36,564 bases of DNA from a virus (taxonomy: Duplodnaviria; Caudoviricetes): IMG/VR virus record IMGVR_UViG_3300030330_002743, positions 1-36,564 of that record; one strand, given 5' to 3'. Position 1 is the stretch's first letter. Each line of letters starts with the position of its first letter. A program made the position numbers and the translations under genes. The notes beneath the pieces are model-generated. The model was given only the letters and a program-made list of their open reading frames with translations, was not told the origin of the DNA and searched no databases. This document shows positions 13,905 through 23,959 of this stretch, in pieces.

Positions 13905-13981
13905 TAATCAGCAGCAATAGAAAGTAGCGCCCAGCCGAGCACCAGCAGGACGCCTGTTGCGACACCAGCCAGAAACGTCAT
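13904..13981 (-). CDS. 25-aa single-transmembrane peptide
   Basis: MTFLAGVATGVLLVLGWALLSIAAD; ATGA overlap upstream and TAATG overlap downstream. Confidence 0.6.
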   Translation of the reverse strand: MTFLAGVATGVLLVLGWALLSIAAD

Positions 13982-14562
13982 GCGATCGGATCAGGCCAAG
14001 CGGTCGCAATGTTGGGGTTGGCGATCATGACAGCGTTGCCGTCGTCATCCACAACACCGTTGCCATCATCGTCGGTTTGCTGGATCTGTGGTGATCCGGT
14101 CATCAACTCTTTCAACGCTGCAACATCAGAGCAAGCGTCAATCTCGGTCTGGCGCGTGTTGCAGGCTGTACGCACTGCAGCGCGATAGGTCTTCCAAGTA
14201 GACGGAATGTTAGTGCTAGTTTCCTTGGCCTTGATGACGCGCCAATCAGAAGGTGCAAGCAAACTAGCGGCGATCTCGTTCTGCTTTGCCTTCCACAGCG
14301 TCTTCAAGCCAGTCTGCGTCTCGCCGGTTTCATTGCCGTCTTCATCAACCTCAGGCTCATCATTGAGCTGTTTGGGGTTATCTACACCCCAATAGAAGCG
14401 ACGATCGTAGTCATTGCTGGTGTCATCAACCCATGTGATGCCAAGCAACTCGCGATCACGCTCGGTGCTCAAACGAAGCCAGTTTGCTGGACGTTGGATG
14501 CCATCTGCATCGGTCCAGGCAACGTCTAGAGGCAGTTTGCGGTCACCAATCTGGTAGCCCAT
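13978..14562 (-). CDS. tail fibre assembly protein
   Basis: PANWLRL...RFYWG...LLAPSDWRVIK...YRAAVR; directly after the tail fibre. Confidence 0.7.
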   Translation of the reverse strand: MGYQIGDRKLPLDVAWTDADGIQRPANWLRLSTERDRELLGITWVDDTSNDYDRRFYWGVDNPKQLNDEPEVDEDGNETGETQTGLKTLWKAKQNEIAASLLAPSDWRVIKAKETSTNIPSTWKTYRAAVRTACNTRQTEIDACSDVAALKELMTGSPQIQQTDDDGNGVVDDDGNAVMIANPNIATAWPDPIA

Positions 14563-14585
14563 GGGATTAGAACGATGGTGTGAGT

Positions 14586-17036
14586 TTAACGAGCAAGCCC
14601 GCCATTGGCTTGGAATGGGTTTTCAGCAAATGCGGCGTAAATTATCGTATTTCCGTTCCCGTTTGGATGTGTGCCGCTAGACCTCATACTGAATCCATTG
14701 GAAAGAATGTCTAATGTTCCATTTGAATCAGTTTCCTCTACGGCATTTGAATTTGGCTTTAAGTTAAGATCAACGACATTATAAGTATTTCTTGAGGTGT
14801 CAAAAATAAACCAGTTAGAGCCACTAAGGTCTGCGTTTTTCAATAATATAAATTTAGCGCGAAAACCTAAATACACGAAAGGCCCTGAGCCTCCTGATTG
14901 CCCGTTGCCTTCATACGAACCCACGGCAGAATATCCGGCTACAGGTGATATACAGTAGGCGACCATGTCATTAGACGATCCGTTCGCACTTGAGTCTGAG
15001 CCAACGCTAAAAACAGAAGTTGTCGGGACAGTACTGTTCCAGTAATTAGCAGAACTTTGTTGTGCGTTTGTTGTATTCAGACCTAAAAATTGACCACCTG
15101 ATATAGCCGTATGCCATACAGCCCAACTGGCAGTTGCGTCTCTATTTTTCACCAGCAGGAGCTTAGGCTGGGCATTTAAACTATGGCCGACCGTCGCATT
15201 AGCACCTGTTCCAGTCCAAGAAACAATGGATATGCCCGCCGTCTGCGAGGCTCTGACACTAGAAGTAATGCTGCCGTCAGTGTTGCTAGCCGTTGATGAT
15301 CCGGCGTCCCAGCACCACGCAACATAATTCTGATTATTAGCATTTGTATTGTTACCGTCGCCTTTAACAGTAAAGCCATTTGAATCAAACGACTCAAAAA
15401 AACCTTCATTATTAAAAGTAGTTGTTTGCGATGAGGACAAACGCTGTGTACTTGCGCGAACTGTGTCGTAAATGGCGTGACCAGCTGTAACACCACGAGA
15501 CTTGATCCATAGCCAATCAGGGCTAAAAGAGAAACCCGTTATCGCTTGTGTACTGCTAGCACTTGCGCCATCACCGGTATAGAGTTTGGAGTCAAAGTAA
15601 ACCGAACCATTTGCAATCGTCGGGGTCGGCAGAAACGCTGAACTTACTGGCCGATAACCACTTGGACTTGAATAGGCGAAGGCACGTTGCCCCCAGTTAC
15701 ATTGCCAGCTTCCGTCAAGCGTGCCACACAAAAACCCTTTCAAGCCAGACAATGATGAATAAATAGGGTTAGATTCAGTCGCTGGATTGCCAGACAAAAC
15801 CCATGTGTTGTTAATAGCCATATAAAGCTTGCCGTTTTTGACAGCAACTCCAATGACTTGATTAGCAGCGTGCGCGACTCCAGTATCCGTACCTGAAGAT
15901 TGATCTGTCAGCAGATACCATTTGTTGCCTGCACCGCTACCGCGCATACCCAAGCCAACGCCGCCAGTTTCACCCTTACCGTTGTTAGTTACGTTGAGTT
16001 GCGGAATAAGTTGTATATGCCCTCCTGGGTTAGTTCCTACGGTTACAACAGTAAATTCGCAGTAGTACCCAGTAGTGTCCTCAGGATCAATGAAAATTGT
16101 TGATACAGACTTTGTATATGTACCAGTGCTACTTCCACCAATATCTAGATTTCCATTTGTAGGATTATTGGTGATTGCATGCAAGGGGTTTAATGTCGCG
16201 TAGCAGCCTGAAACTTCTCCACCAGCCCCGTTGTCACTTTGAGATCCATTCGTTGGTACGTCAAACAGGCTGTCATTGCCTGAGCCTGCAGTAACGCTGA
16301 TACCGCTTGCAGTGAAATCGTTACCATTGCCGCTATTATCTTCCGCAATCGTTGTTGTGCTTGTCGAATCCGAAAAGGGCAAATGGAATCCATTTGTCCC
16401 AAAGGTTCCGTTATATGCTTTTGCCTGATATACACCATTATCATCTAGTTCAATAAAATTATCAACAGGCGACAAAGCAGATCCATCAATGAAGTAGACA
16501 TCAGCCAAGTACCCGCTAAAAGGCTCTCCACCTGATGAGTTTGCACCCAAACCGTGCTTGTTTGCCTTATTTAATCCGCCTTCAAAATTTTGGCTTGGGA
16601 ACGTGCCTGTTTTCCAGCTTGTCTGGCGAACTCCGTTAATGTATAACTTCAAACGATCTGTTGATGTTGACTGGGTGGTGTCCCATGCAACGCAAAGGTG
16701 AAAAAATGCTGCGGGATCACGGAAGACAGGATTAGAAACCAAATAAACAGCGCCAGCTCCTCCGTAGCAAAAAAATGCGTCTTCATTGCCTTGTGCAGAC
16801 TCGGCAAATGAATAGTGCATCTCGCTCGTATTAGTACGAAACAGAGTCCGCCTGCCACCCAATGATGATCTTTTTATCCAAGCTGCAAATGTATGCGTTC
16901 TGAGATTGCCAGCCGAAGACGGCGTGCGGTGAAGATACGCCGAGTTAAAACGAAGTGATTTCGTCGCAACCGCACCAGTACCAGCAGCAGCAGCAGTTGC
17001 CAGCAGCGGGGAAGAAAGATTGCCGGGAACTGTCAT
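14586..17036 (-). CDS. tail fibre/receptor-binding protein (LamG/ConA-like, SPRY-like and C-terminal repeat domains)
   Basis: SLRFN...WIKRS...KLYING (LamG-like), YGTNGFHL-type segment, FSPDWLWIKSR and YVAWCW motifs. Confidence 0.8.
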   Translation of the reverse strand: MTVPGNLSSPLLATAAAAGTGAVATKSLRFNSAYLHRTPSSAGNLRTHTFAAWIKRSSLGGRRTLFRTNTSEMHYSFAESAQGNEDAFFCYGGAGAVYLVSNPVFRDPAAFFHLCVAWDTTQSTSTDRLKLYINGVRQTSWKTGTFPSQNFEGGLNKANKHGLGANSSGGEPFSGYLADVYFIDGSALSPVDNFIELDDNGVYQAKAYNGTFGTNGFHLPFSDSTSTTTIAEDNSGNGNDFTASGISVTAGSGNDSLFDVPTNGSQSDNGAGGEVSGCYATLNPLHAITNNPTNGNLDIGGSSTGTYTKSVSTIFIDPEDTTGYYCEFTVVTVGTNPGGHIQLIPQLNVTNNGKGETGGVGLGMRGSGAGNKWYLLTDQSSGTDTGVAHAANQVIGVAVKNGKLYMAINNTWVLSGNPATESNPIYSSLSGLKGFLCGTLDGSWQCNWGQRAFAYSSPSGYRPVSSAFLPTPTIANGSVYFDSKLYTGDGASASSTQAITGFSFSPDWLWIKSRGVTAGHAIYDTVRASTQRLSSSQTTTFNNEGFFESFDSNGFTVKGDGNNTNANNQNYVAWCWDAGSSTASNTDGSITSSVRASQTAGISIVSWTGTGANATVGHSLNAQPKLLLVKNRDATASWAVWHTAISGGQFLGLNTTNAQQSSANYWNSTVPTTSVFSVGSDSSANGSSNDMVAYCISPVAGYSAVGSYEGNGQSGGSGPFVYLGFRAKFILLKNADLSGSNWFIFDTSRNTYNVVDLNLKPNSNAVEETDSNGTLDILSNGFSMRSSGTHPNGNGNTIIYAAFAENPFQANGGLAR

Positions 17037-17860
17037 CAGGAAGCAGCCTTAACGTCCAGGTGTGTTGTGATCATAATCTTCTCGTCAGAAAGCACCGCAT
17101 ACGCCAGCACATCTTTTGCACTAGCTGTGGTTGTTAGCGTCGGCGCACTGCCTCCAACAAAGCGATAATTCGACGAAAAACTCAATGTTCTGCTCCCGGT
17201 GCCGTCCTGAATAACCTCAATAAATCCAGTCTGTCCTTCGACAACATTTGAAGGGTTGCCGAGTGTTCTGTTGCCGCCCAGCGTCACCTTAAAGTTGTTG
17301 TTGTCATCCATATCCACAGCAATAGTTGCCGCGTCGGTCAGCGTTGTAATCGCTCCACGCACGCCGCCCGTGACCACCTGACCATTGGTGGTTTCAGTAG
17401 CAAGCAAGAAAGACGCAAAACCAAGGGCACCAGAGCCGTCAGTCTTCAGTGCCTGATTCGCGCTGCCGTCAGCCGCTGGAAGAGTCAGCGTGTAGTTAGA
17501 GGAGATTGTGGCGGGGGCCTGAAGCGCCACATAGTTGCTGCTATCCGAGTCAGCAAAACGCACATCAGACTGCGCGTTCAGCGTGATGTCACCCGTAAAC
17601 GTCGCGCCAGAGGCACTGACCAAGCCGAAGTTGGTCGTGACTTCTGCAACAGTGATCCACCCGTCATTTGCCGCATTGCGGATCTTGTAAACAGGCGGAG
17701 TGCTGCCAGTGTCAAACCACGGCATGTAGGCATACTTGGTGCCACTCGGCTCAGTAGAACCACTGTTGTGACTGACGATCGCGGCAAGGATCGTATTAAG
17801 CTCTGAACGGAAATTTGCTCCGCTCTGATTGGCAATTGAATAATCAGTGCTTTGCGCCAT
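17036..17860 (-). CDS. tail fibre protein
   Basis: N-terminal DYSIANQSGANFRSELN and C-terminal VTLGGNRTLGNP...QDGTGSRTL. Confidence 0.75.
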   Translation of the reverse strand: MAQSTDYSIANQSGANFRSELNTILAAIVSHNSGSTEPSGTKYAYMPWFDTGSTPPVYKIRNAANDGWITVAEVTTNFGLVSASGATFTGDITLNAQSDVRFADSDSSNYVALQAPATISSNYTLTLPAADGSANQALKTDGSGALGFASFLLATETTNGQVVTGGVRGAITTLTDAATIAVDMDDNNNFKVTLGGNRTLGNPSNVVEGQTGFIEVIQDGTGSRTLSFSSNYRFVGGSAPTLTTTASAKDVLAYAVLSDEKIMITTHLDVKAAS

Positions 17861-20800
17861 TAGGAGATCTCCTTGCCGTGCCCAGTGGCGGCGTAGTTAA
17901 TGGTCCGTGAAACTATCGTACCCGAAGAATTCTTAGTGGCGATAGTAAATCCAGTTCGGCTAATGCTTGTCAGCTCAAAGAAATCACCTGTCGCCATGTC
18001 AGTTGCTGTGACTGTGACGCTCGGCGTGCTGTAAAAGGCAGATGGGAAAGTAATTGCTTTCGCGCTAGTCCCAGTGCTGATGTTGCTTTGCTGCTCAGTG
18101 CGACGTTGCAAGCTGACCGTTACGCCGAGCGCCTCAACGATCGGATCTTGCGACGTATTGTCTGTAGCCAGCTCAACCTTGAACTGGAATGCTCTGCCAC
18201 GCTTGGTTGAATTAACAAATGGCTCCCATGTGCTCCACGTTGGAGTGCCACTGGGATCGTCTGCCGTTGACCGCACATAAAGCTCAGCGTCAGTTTCGTT
18301 GAAGTCGTCAGCGTCAATGTCAGTCCAAGTGTCAATCAGCTCAGTGCGTGAATCCCAGAAGTCATCAGGGTTGATGTTGCGTAGCTCAAGATCGGCCAGC
18401 AGCTCAACGTCATACTTGGCAGAAAGATCAAGAGTGTTGGCAAAGATGTAGCTGCCTGTGAATTCAACACCCCCAAAGAAGTCAATGTTAGTGACTGCAT
18501 CAAAATCAGTAATGTCGTCAATCAAGCCCTTACCGCTCAGGCTGATACCGCCCTCTGTGACACTGTTGAACGCTCTGTCAAACGTGCCGGTGAAATTGGG
18601 GTTTTCGGTGTAGGTCTGAACAACCTCCAAATCCTGTGGTTCAGGCAGCTCTACCTGCACTGAGGGGACGCCAGCTACTGGTGAAAGTTTTCCAATTGAA
18701 TCCTTTGCGCGAATGAAATATGTCCCTGACTTCAAAGGGACAATCTTGCGAGTGCTGCTGCCATTTACAGCAGGAACGATTTTTTGCGCCTTTGTCCAAA
18801 CAGCATTTGCATCTGTATGGGGTGTATGCCTAATTTCAACGGTGCCGCCAACACGCACATCAAGATCAGTTGATTGAGGCCAATGCAACTCAGCATTGTG
18901 TTGATCAATAGGCGTGATGTTCAGGCTTGCAATATTGGCAGGTTCTGCTGTTTTGCCAAGTGCCTCAAAAGTAATTACTGCAGGCTGCGACTCCTTTTTG
19001 AGGTTTTGGTCATAGCCAATAGCAACAACCTGAATCGTGTATGTACCTTTATCAGTATTGTCAATCGTGAAATCAGGTACTGTTGTCAATGCAGTAGTGA
19101 ACGTGTTGCCGTCTTGTGCATAACGAACCCGATACTCAGCAGCACGAGTGCTTGCCTGCCAACCAATAATCAGCTTCTGTAAAACTTTGCCACCAGCCTC
19201 ATATAAGACCTCTCGCACGTCCAAGTTCGTTGGAGCAGCAGGAGGCTCGTTGAGCAGCGTTACGTCACGAGGAGTAAATTCAATGTCTTGCTCAATGAAA
19301 TCGTATTTTCTTCTGTCATACGAGACTGCAGTGATTGCATAAGTCTCCTCGTCCTCAATAACTGCAAGGACACGCCAAGTGCTGAGCAACACTTGATCGT
19401 ATCCAATGGCAAATGGTGCCCCTGCAACTGGCGCTTGTGAAAATGCAGAACTTGGAGTGACGGTGTTGCCAACAATTGTGCAGTCGGCTTTTTGCTCGTA
19501 TGTCCCGTCAGGCAGGATCAAATTCAACGTAAACGTTGACGGCGCCTGAGCACCAAACATTTGCGTGTCACTGCGGTCCAGCTTGATTGACGAAGTTGTA
19601 GACCCAGATGTGATGCGACCAGACACCGTTGTGCCAGCCTTCAGAGGGTCGCCAACTTTTATCTTGTCACCAGGGCGAACAGTGATACCAGCGGCGATGT
19701 CAGTTGCAAAGCTGATGATTTCAGTTTCGTTCTGCTCGCTATAAAGCAACCACTTGCCCAGCCGATAGGCTTGTGCCCTGCTGGTGCAGCCAAAAGCTTC
19801 AATGCTGGTCTTGTTGTATCCATACTTGTTAATTGCATCCTCATCCTCTACCAGCTCATAGACGTAGTCTCTTCTCTCCATGTCAAAATATTTGACACTG
19901 ACACAGGTGTGACGAGTCTTGAGACTTGTGCCTGTATAAGTAAAGCCTTCTTCAGTAACGTTGGACTGGTTGAAGACGTAAGTAAAATCAGCGTTTGGAT
20001 CAGCTTCTTTGCTGTCTTGAGAGATTGATAGCGTTCCAAGTTCCCACTTAGGCATTACCCTGAAAACAGAGCAAAGATCCTTGATCATGTCATAGGCATC
20101 TTTGCGACTCTGAAGGGAAACATTGCAAGAGAAACGTGGCTCACCATTGACAAGCTCACCGCAGTATTCGGACGCCTTTTGAAAGGCATACACGTCAATA
20201 TTGTCTGGTACGTTGTCAGCACCAGAACCTTCAAAAGTACCAGCAGCATCTCTTGCACGCTCTTCTGGCGTAAGGATGTAGTTGCCAAGGCCGTAGCGAG
20301 TGTTCGTTAAAAGATCCAGCAAGATCATTGCAGGGCAAGAACACCACTCCCTGCTGGCCTTAAATGTGCCGTCAAAATCACCGCTGTAAGTCAGCCTGCC
20401 AGTTGTGCTGTCAACTGTTGCATTGTGAGGAATGCGGACCTTTACACCGCGTATGCGATAAGAACGCTGGGGAATACTTGGGAACTGCTTGGCGTCAAAC
20501 TTCAAGCCAACTAAAGCACTGTTGGGATAACGCGTTTTCTCGCCGATTCTTTCTGTGTAGTCATACCAATTCAGAGTGTCTGTAATAACATCGTCGTCTC
20601 TGTACTCTTGCAAGTTTCGGGTGATTCTTATGTCAACAGGAAATGCACTTCCAAAAGGAATGTTTATCAGATGTTTGACCTGAAACAAATCGGGAGTTCT
20701 GCCCACAATTTCAAAATTGCCAGCAGCTAATGGTGAGCCATTTTGCCCCATACCGAATTCAGGTACTGCAGTGAAACCACCGCCATTAAATTGAATCTCA

Positions 20801-21339
20801 ATCTTGTAACCAATATACCCACCAACAACATCCCCCTTCTTTTTTGCTCGCTGCAAAGCAGGAGTACCTACAACTACCCTTACAGAAGTGACATCTGTAT
20901 CAGTGATTTGACGAGTAATTGGTGCGCCATCATTCCGATCAAGCCCATCATCTTCTGTAGGACTAGTTGGCTTGGGTATTTCAACGCCAACAGAAATAGT
21001 GCGCTGGTTTGCTACACCAATACTTGATAAATATTTTTGATCTTGTGTCCCATACCGAAACGCATATTCTGCATCTACAAAGTCAAAATTAAGAGCAGAG
21101 GAAACGTCGCGTATCGTCGTGCCTGAGTTAATCTCAGCAGTGCTAGCCAAGACTGGTGTGTTGTTAAAAAACACATCTTTAAGCGCAGCTAAGTTGTACT
21201 GCGCCTCGTTTGTAGCCCTGTTGATTTGAACGCCATCAGGGTGTGTCGTACTAGGGAAGCCTTCAATCTCACCTTCACTAATGAGGTCAATAATTCGGGC
21301 AACCTGCTTGGAATCAAGATCGTCTGGTGCAATACCCAT
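17860..21339 (-). CDS. central tail fibre/host-specificity protein J
   Basis: IDLISEGEIEG, YPNSALVGL, G-x-KVRIP, GCTSRAQAYRLGKW and FN3-like repeats; lambda J position. Confidence 0.9.
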   Translation of the reverse strand: MGIAPDDLDSKQVARIIDLISEGEIEGFPSTTHPDGVQINRATNEAQYNLAALKDVFFNNTPVLASTAEINSGTTIRDVSSALNFDFVDAEYAFRYGTQDQKYLSSIGVANQRTISVGVEIPKPTSPTEDDGLDRNDGAPITRQITDTDVTSVRVVVGTPALQRAKKKGDVVGGYIGYKIEIQFNGGGFTAVPEFGMGQNGSPLAAGNFEIVGRTPDLFQVKHLINIPFGSAFPVDIRITRNLQEYRDDDVITDTLNWYDYTERIGEKTRYPNSALVGLKFDAKQFPSIPQRSYRIRGVKVRIPHNATVDSTTGRLTYSGDFDGTFKASREWCSCPAMILLDLLTNTRYGLGNYILTPEERARDAAGTFEGSGADNVPDNIDVYAFQKASEYCGELVNGEPRFSCNVSLQSRKDAYDMIKDLCSVFRVMPKWELGTLSISQDSKEADPNADFTYVFNQSNVTEEGFTYTGTSLKTRHTCVSVKYFDMERRDYVYELVEDEDAINKYGYNKTSIEAFGCTSRAQAYRLGKWLLYSEQNETEIISFATDIAAGITVRPGDKIKVGDPLKAGTTVSGRITSGSTTSSIKLDRSDTQMFGAQAPSTFTLNLILPDGTYEQKADCTIVGNTVTPSSAFSQAPVAGAPFAIGYDQVLLSTWRVLAVIEDEETYAITAVSYDRRKYDFIEQDIEFTPRDVTLLNEPPAAPTNLDVREVLYEAGGKVLQKLIIGWQASTRAAEYRVRYAQDGNTFTTALTTVPDFTIDNTDKGTYTIQVVAIGYDQNLKKESQPAVITFEALGKTAEPANIASLNITPIDQHNAELHWPQSTDLDVRVGGTVEIRHTPHTDANAVWTKAQKIVPAVNGSSTRKIVPLKSGTYFIRAKDSIGKLSPVAGVPSVQVELPEPQDLEVVQTYTENPNFTGTFDRAFNSVTEGGISLSGKGLIDDITDFDAVTNIDFFGGVEFTGSYIFANTLDLSAKYDVELLADLELRNINPDDFWDSRTELIDTWTDIDADDFNETDAELYVRSTADDPSGTPTWSTWEPFVNSTKRGRAFQFKVELATDNTSQDPIVEALGVTVSLQRRTEQQSNISTGTSAKAITFPSAFYSTPSVTVTATDMATGDFFELTSISRTGFTIATKNSSGTIVSRTINYAATGHGKEIS

Positions 21340-21935
21340 CAGTCTTCCTCAACGTTCAGGCCCAGTGAGATGACAAGGCTTCCAACTACAGTCTCGCCAT
21401 AAACAACTGGTACTGGCACGCCTTCCCGCGAAATATTTGTCTGCCCTGAGAAGGAGTAATTGTTTCTAGGGTCATCATCAAAGTCTGGTGTTTTAGGCGG
21501 TGGTGATATGACATCAGCAATAGAGGACAGCACCAACGCACTACCAACGCTCAATGCAGCAACACCAGCAACACTGAAACTAGAAGCTCCGATAGCAAGA
21601 GCAGTCCCTGGCATGAAGAAAGCAGCAGTGACCAAAGCTGCACCTAGAAAAAATTTGCCCAAACTACTCCAAAATCCTCCTGCACCACTGATAACCGGCA
21701 CGATCCGAATCTCATCGTTAGAGCCAGTTGGTAAGTGCAAATTACCAGTAGCGCCCTGCAAGTCCAATGACCCCACAAGCACCTGATAATGACCCTGCTG
21801 CATCACACCACGCAACGACGGATAGTTGCACAGCAAAAATTTCACTGCCTCAGCAGGCGTTCTAGCCAAAGCCTTAAACACACGCTTGCCTGTGTGCTTT
21901 GCGAGATGCCCGTAAATCTTGATCGTCCGCAGCAT
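21339..21935 (-). CDS. tail assembly protein I
   Basis: IKIYGHL...IRIVPVISGAGG...YSFSG...GVPVPVVYGE. Confidence 0.88.
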   Translation of the reverse strand: MLRTIKIYGHLAKHTGKRVFKALARTPAEAVKFLLCNYPSLRGVMQQGHYQVLVGSLDLQGATGNLHLPTGSNDEIRIVPVISGAGGFWSSLGKFFLGAALVTAAFFMPGTALAIGASSFSVAGVAALSVGSALVLSSIADVISPPPKTPDFDDDPRNNYSFSGQTNISREGVPVPVVYGETVVGSLVISLGLNVEED

Positions 21936-21962
21936 CTCAGCAAACGCCCAGCTCAGTTGATT

Positions 21963-22313
21963 CTATCGCCACTCAACTTCTTGTTCATGCTTTGGTTCTA
22001 GACAAGTCCATGTGTCATCTTGCACGCTGTAAATCCACCAAGGCAAACCACTCTGATTGCAGGCCGTGATGTCATGCTCACTTGGGGTTGATGGGCCTTT
22101 GGCATGGCTATGAACCACGGCAACGACATTGCCTGTGTCTTCTGCGCTTGCGTAATCAACTGGATCTAAGACGAAAAAGTCCTCCTCTTCTGCAAGGTTC
22201 TTGCAAGGTGCGTAAGTCTCAACGCCATCTATCACAACGACAAGACCGCAAGCCTCACGAGGCACATCGGAAATGCCCCACTTCCTTGCATCGTCCTGCC
22301 AATGCACCAACAT
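21963..22313 (-). CDS. tail assembly protein K (JAB/Mov34 domain only)
   Basis: PREACGL...VVHSH...PSEHD JAMM motif. Confidence 0.85.
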   Translation of the reverse strand: MLVHWQDDARKWGISDVPREACGLVVVIDGVETYAPCKNLAEEEDFFVLDPVDYASAEDTGNVVAVVHSHAKGPSTPSEHDITACNQSGLPWWIYSVQDDTWTCLEPKHEQEVEWR

Positions 22314-23959
22314 CAGACGCTATCTCCAAGAGCAGGGAACGAACCAAAAGGCAAGCCACCGTGGACGTCACCATTTGGAAAACGAAGCTTGCAATCACTA
22401 ATCCGTTTGCCGCAGACACCTGCAACTTCAATTGGGATGTCAGTGCCTTCTTGAATGTAAGGCTCACTGGTCACAGGCGTTGTACCTGAGCTATATGTCA
22501 CATCAGAGCCATCAGTGTCCTCAACAACCAAGACCCCATCGTCCTTCAGTCGCAACTGCTTTGTTTGAAACCATCCTGTGCTTGTAACTTTTAAATAGAT
22601 GCCAGACTCAGTGAGCGTGCCCTCTCCTGGATGGTTGTCCCTGAATGGGTTGCCGCTTGAAAGAGTCACACTTGCGATAAAAGCCTCACCGCTTTTGAAG
22701 AAACCTGTTGAGGAGTCAAAGGAAACACTACTAAAACCATTCCAAGCACGAGCTTCGCCTGAATAGTGATCAGCAGGAAGATTATTGGCCTGCAAGGTAA
22801 AAGTGACCGTGATGGTCCTTGCCCCAAGCGTGGGGTGCGTATCACTAAATGTTTTTTGCGCTGTAGTGGTCGTGCCAACGTCGCCTGCACTTGGCTGACT
22901 TCCTACCAACTCATATCCCAAAGCCCCACTGCGTCCCTGCCTTACATCGTCTGGGTAGTACTGAGTGTTCCCATCTGGCTGATATAAAGAGGCTCCAGAA
23001 GCTGCTGCAACCCTTTCAACTTGTGGAGACCAAGTAACCGATTGCGGGTAATCAGTCTTGGCATACTTGTCGTTGTACAAAACAAGGTTCCCATCATTTT
23101 GCATCACTAGCGAATAGTCATCTCCGTCATGTATCCCAGCCACGCGCCAAAAAGGGCCGTTATTTAGACCAGTCGGATCGTTCTTGATAAAAATATTGAG
23201 TGCGCCATCCCGTTCAACGTGCATCCGAAACCAGCCGTTGCTTGAAACAAGCTCACTGCCTTCTTGCAAGGTGCTGCCAGCAGATAAAATATTTTGCCCA
23301 CTTGAAAACGCAAAGTTTGTTGCAGCTACTCGCGTGATAGAAATACCAGTCGCCGTGAACTCATCAGCACCTGAGTAACCGCATTCTTTACTCTTGTATT
23401 TCCACTGGCAAAGATTCTGCATCGCCTGCCTTTTGGGTGCGCTTACATTCGCGAGGTCAAACGATGACGACAGCTCAAACTCAACTAGCTGCCTAGTCTC
23501 TTGCGTCTTGCGATCAATGTAGTAAATGTCGTCTGGCATCTTGGAGCCAGGATCAGGGTTGCCATAAGGGTTGACGCCATTTTGCCAATTCACAGCATCT
23601 AAAAATCTTGTCAAAGTACGAGTGCGCTTAACCCTTGCGCCGTTCAGATCGTTGTGTGGGTTGACTACGTTGATAGCCAACAGAATTGATGTCATGTACG
23701 CATTGACGTTTGCAAAGCGCAGCGTTGGGCGAGGCAACGTGCCATCACCTTTGTACTCAAAGCCATCAGCCTCAACAGGAAGCGCGAAGTACTCCTGTGA
23801 ATCAAAGACGATATTGCCAGGTGCGTCTTGAAAATTTGTCCCGCTATAAAAGCGATACTTTTCAGTGCTGCCGTGAATATCTTGAAACAGCTCAATCTCA
23901 AACAGCTCAATGATTGCAAACGGGCTGCTGTTGAGTAGCTCTTGAAAAACTAGGCTCAT
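22313..23959 (-). CDS. minor tail protein L with inserted B-type lectin domain
   Basis: gpL core (LPRPTL, RTRTL-RFLD, YYIDRK, CQWKY-ECGY, CGKRISDCKLRF, LPFGSFP) with an internal MQNDGNLVLY motif. Confidence 0.85.
   Translation of the reverse strand: MSLVFQELLNSSPFAIIELFEIELFQDIHGSTEKYRFYSGTNFQDAPGNIVFDSQEYFALPVEADGFEYKGDGTLPRPTLRFANVNAYMTSILLAINVVNPHNDLNGARVKRTRTLTRFLDAVNWQNGVNPYGNPDPGSKMPDDIYYIDRKTQETRQLVEFELSSSFDLANVSAPKRQAMQNLCQWKYKSKECGYSGADEFTATGISITRVAATNFAFSSGQNILSAGSTLQEGSELVSSNGWFRMHVERDGALNIFIKNDPTGLNNGPFWRVAGIHDGDDYSLVMQNDGNLVLYNDKYAKTDYPQSVTWSPQVERVAAASGASLYQPDGNTQYYPDDVRQGRSGALGYELVGSQPSAGDVGTTTTAQKTFSDTHPTLGARTITVTFTLQANNLPADHYSGEARAWNGFSSVSFDSSTGFFKSGEAFIASVTLSSGNPFRDNHPGEGTLTESGIYLKVTSTGWFQTKQLRLKDDGVLVVEDTDGSDVTYSSGTTPVTSEPYIQEGTDIPIEVAGVCGKRISDCKLRFPNGDVHGGLPFGSFPALGDSV

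Noticed and set aside
14586-17860. Diversity-generating retroelement acting on tail fibres
   Set aside because: No reverse transcriptase and no TR/VR repeat pair seen.
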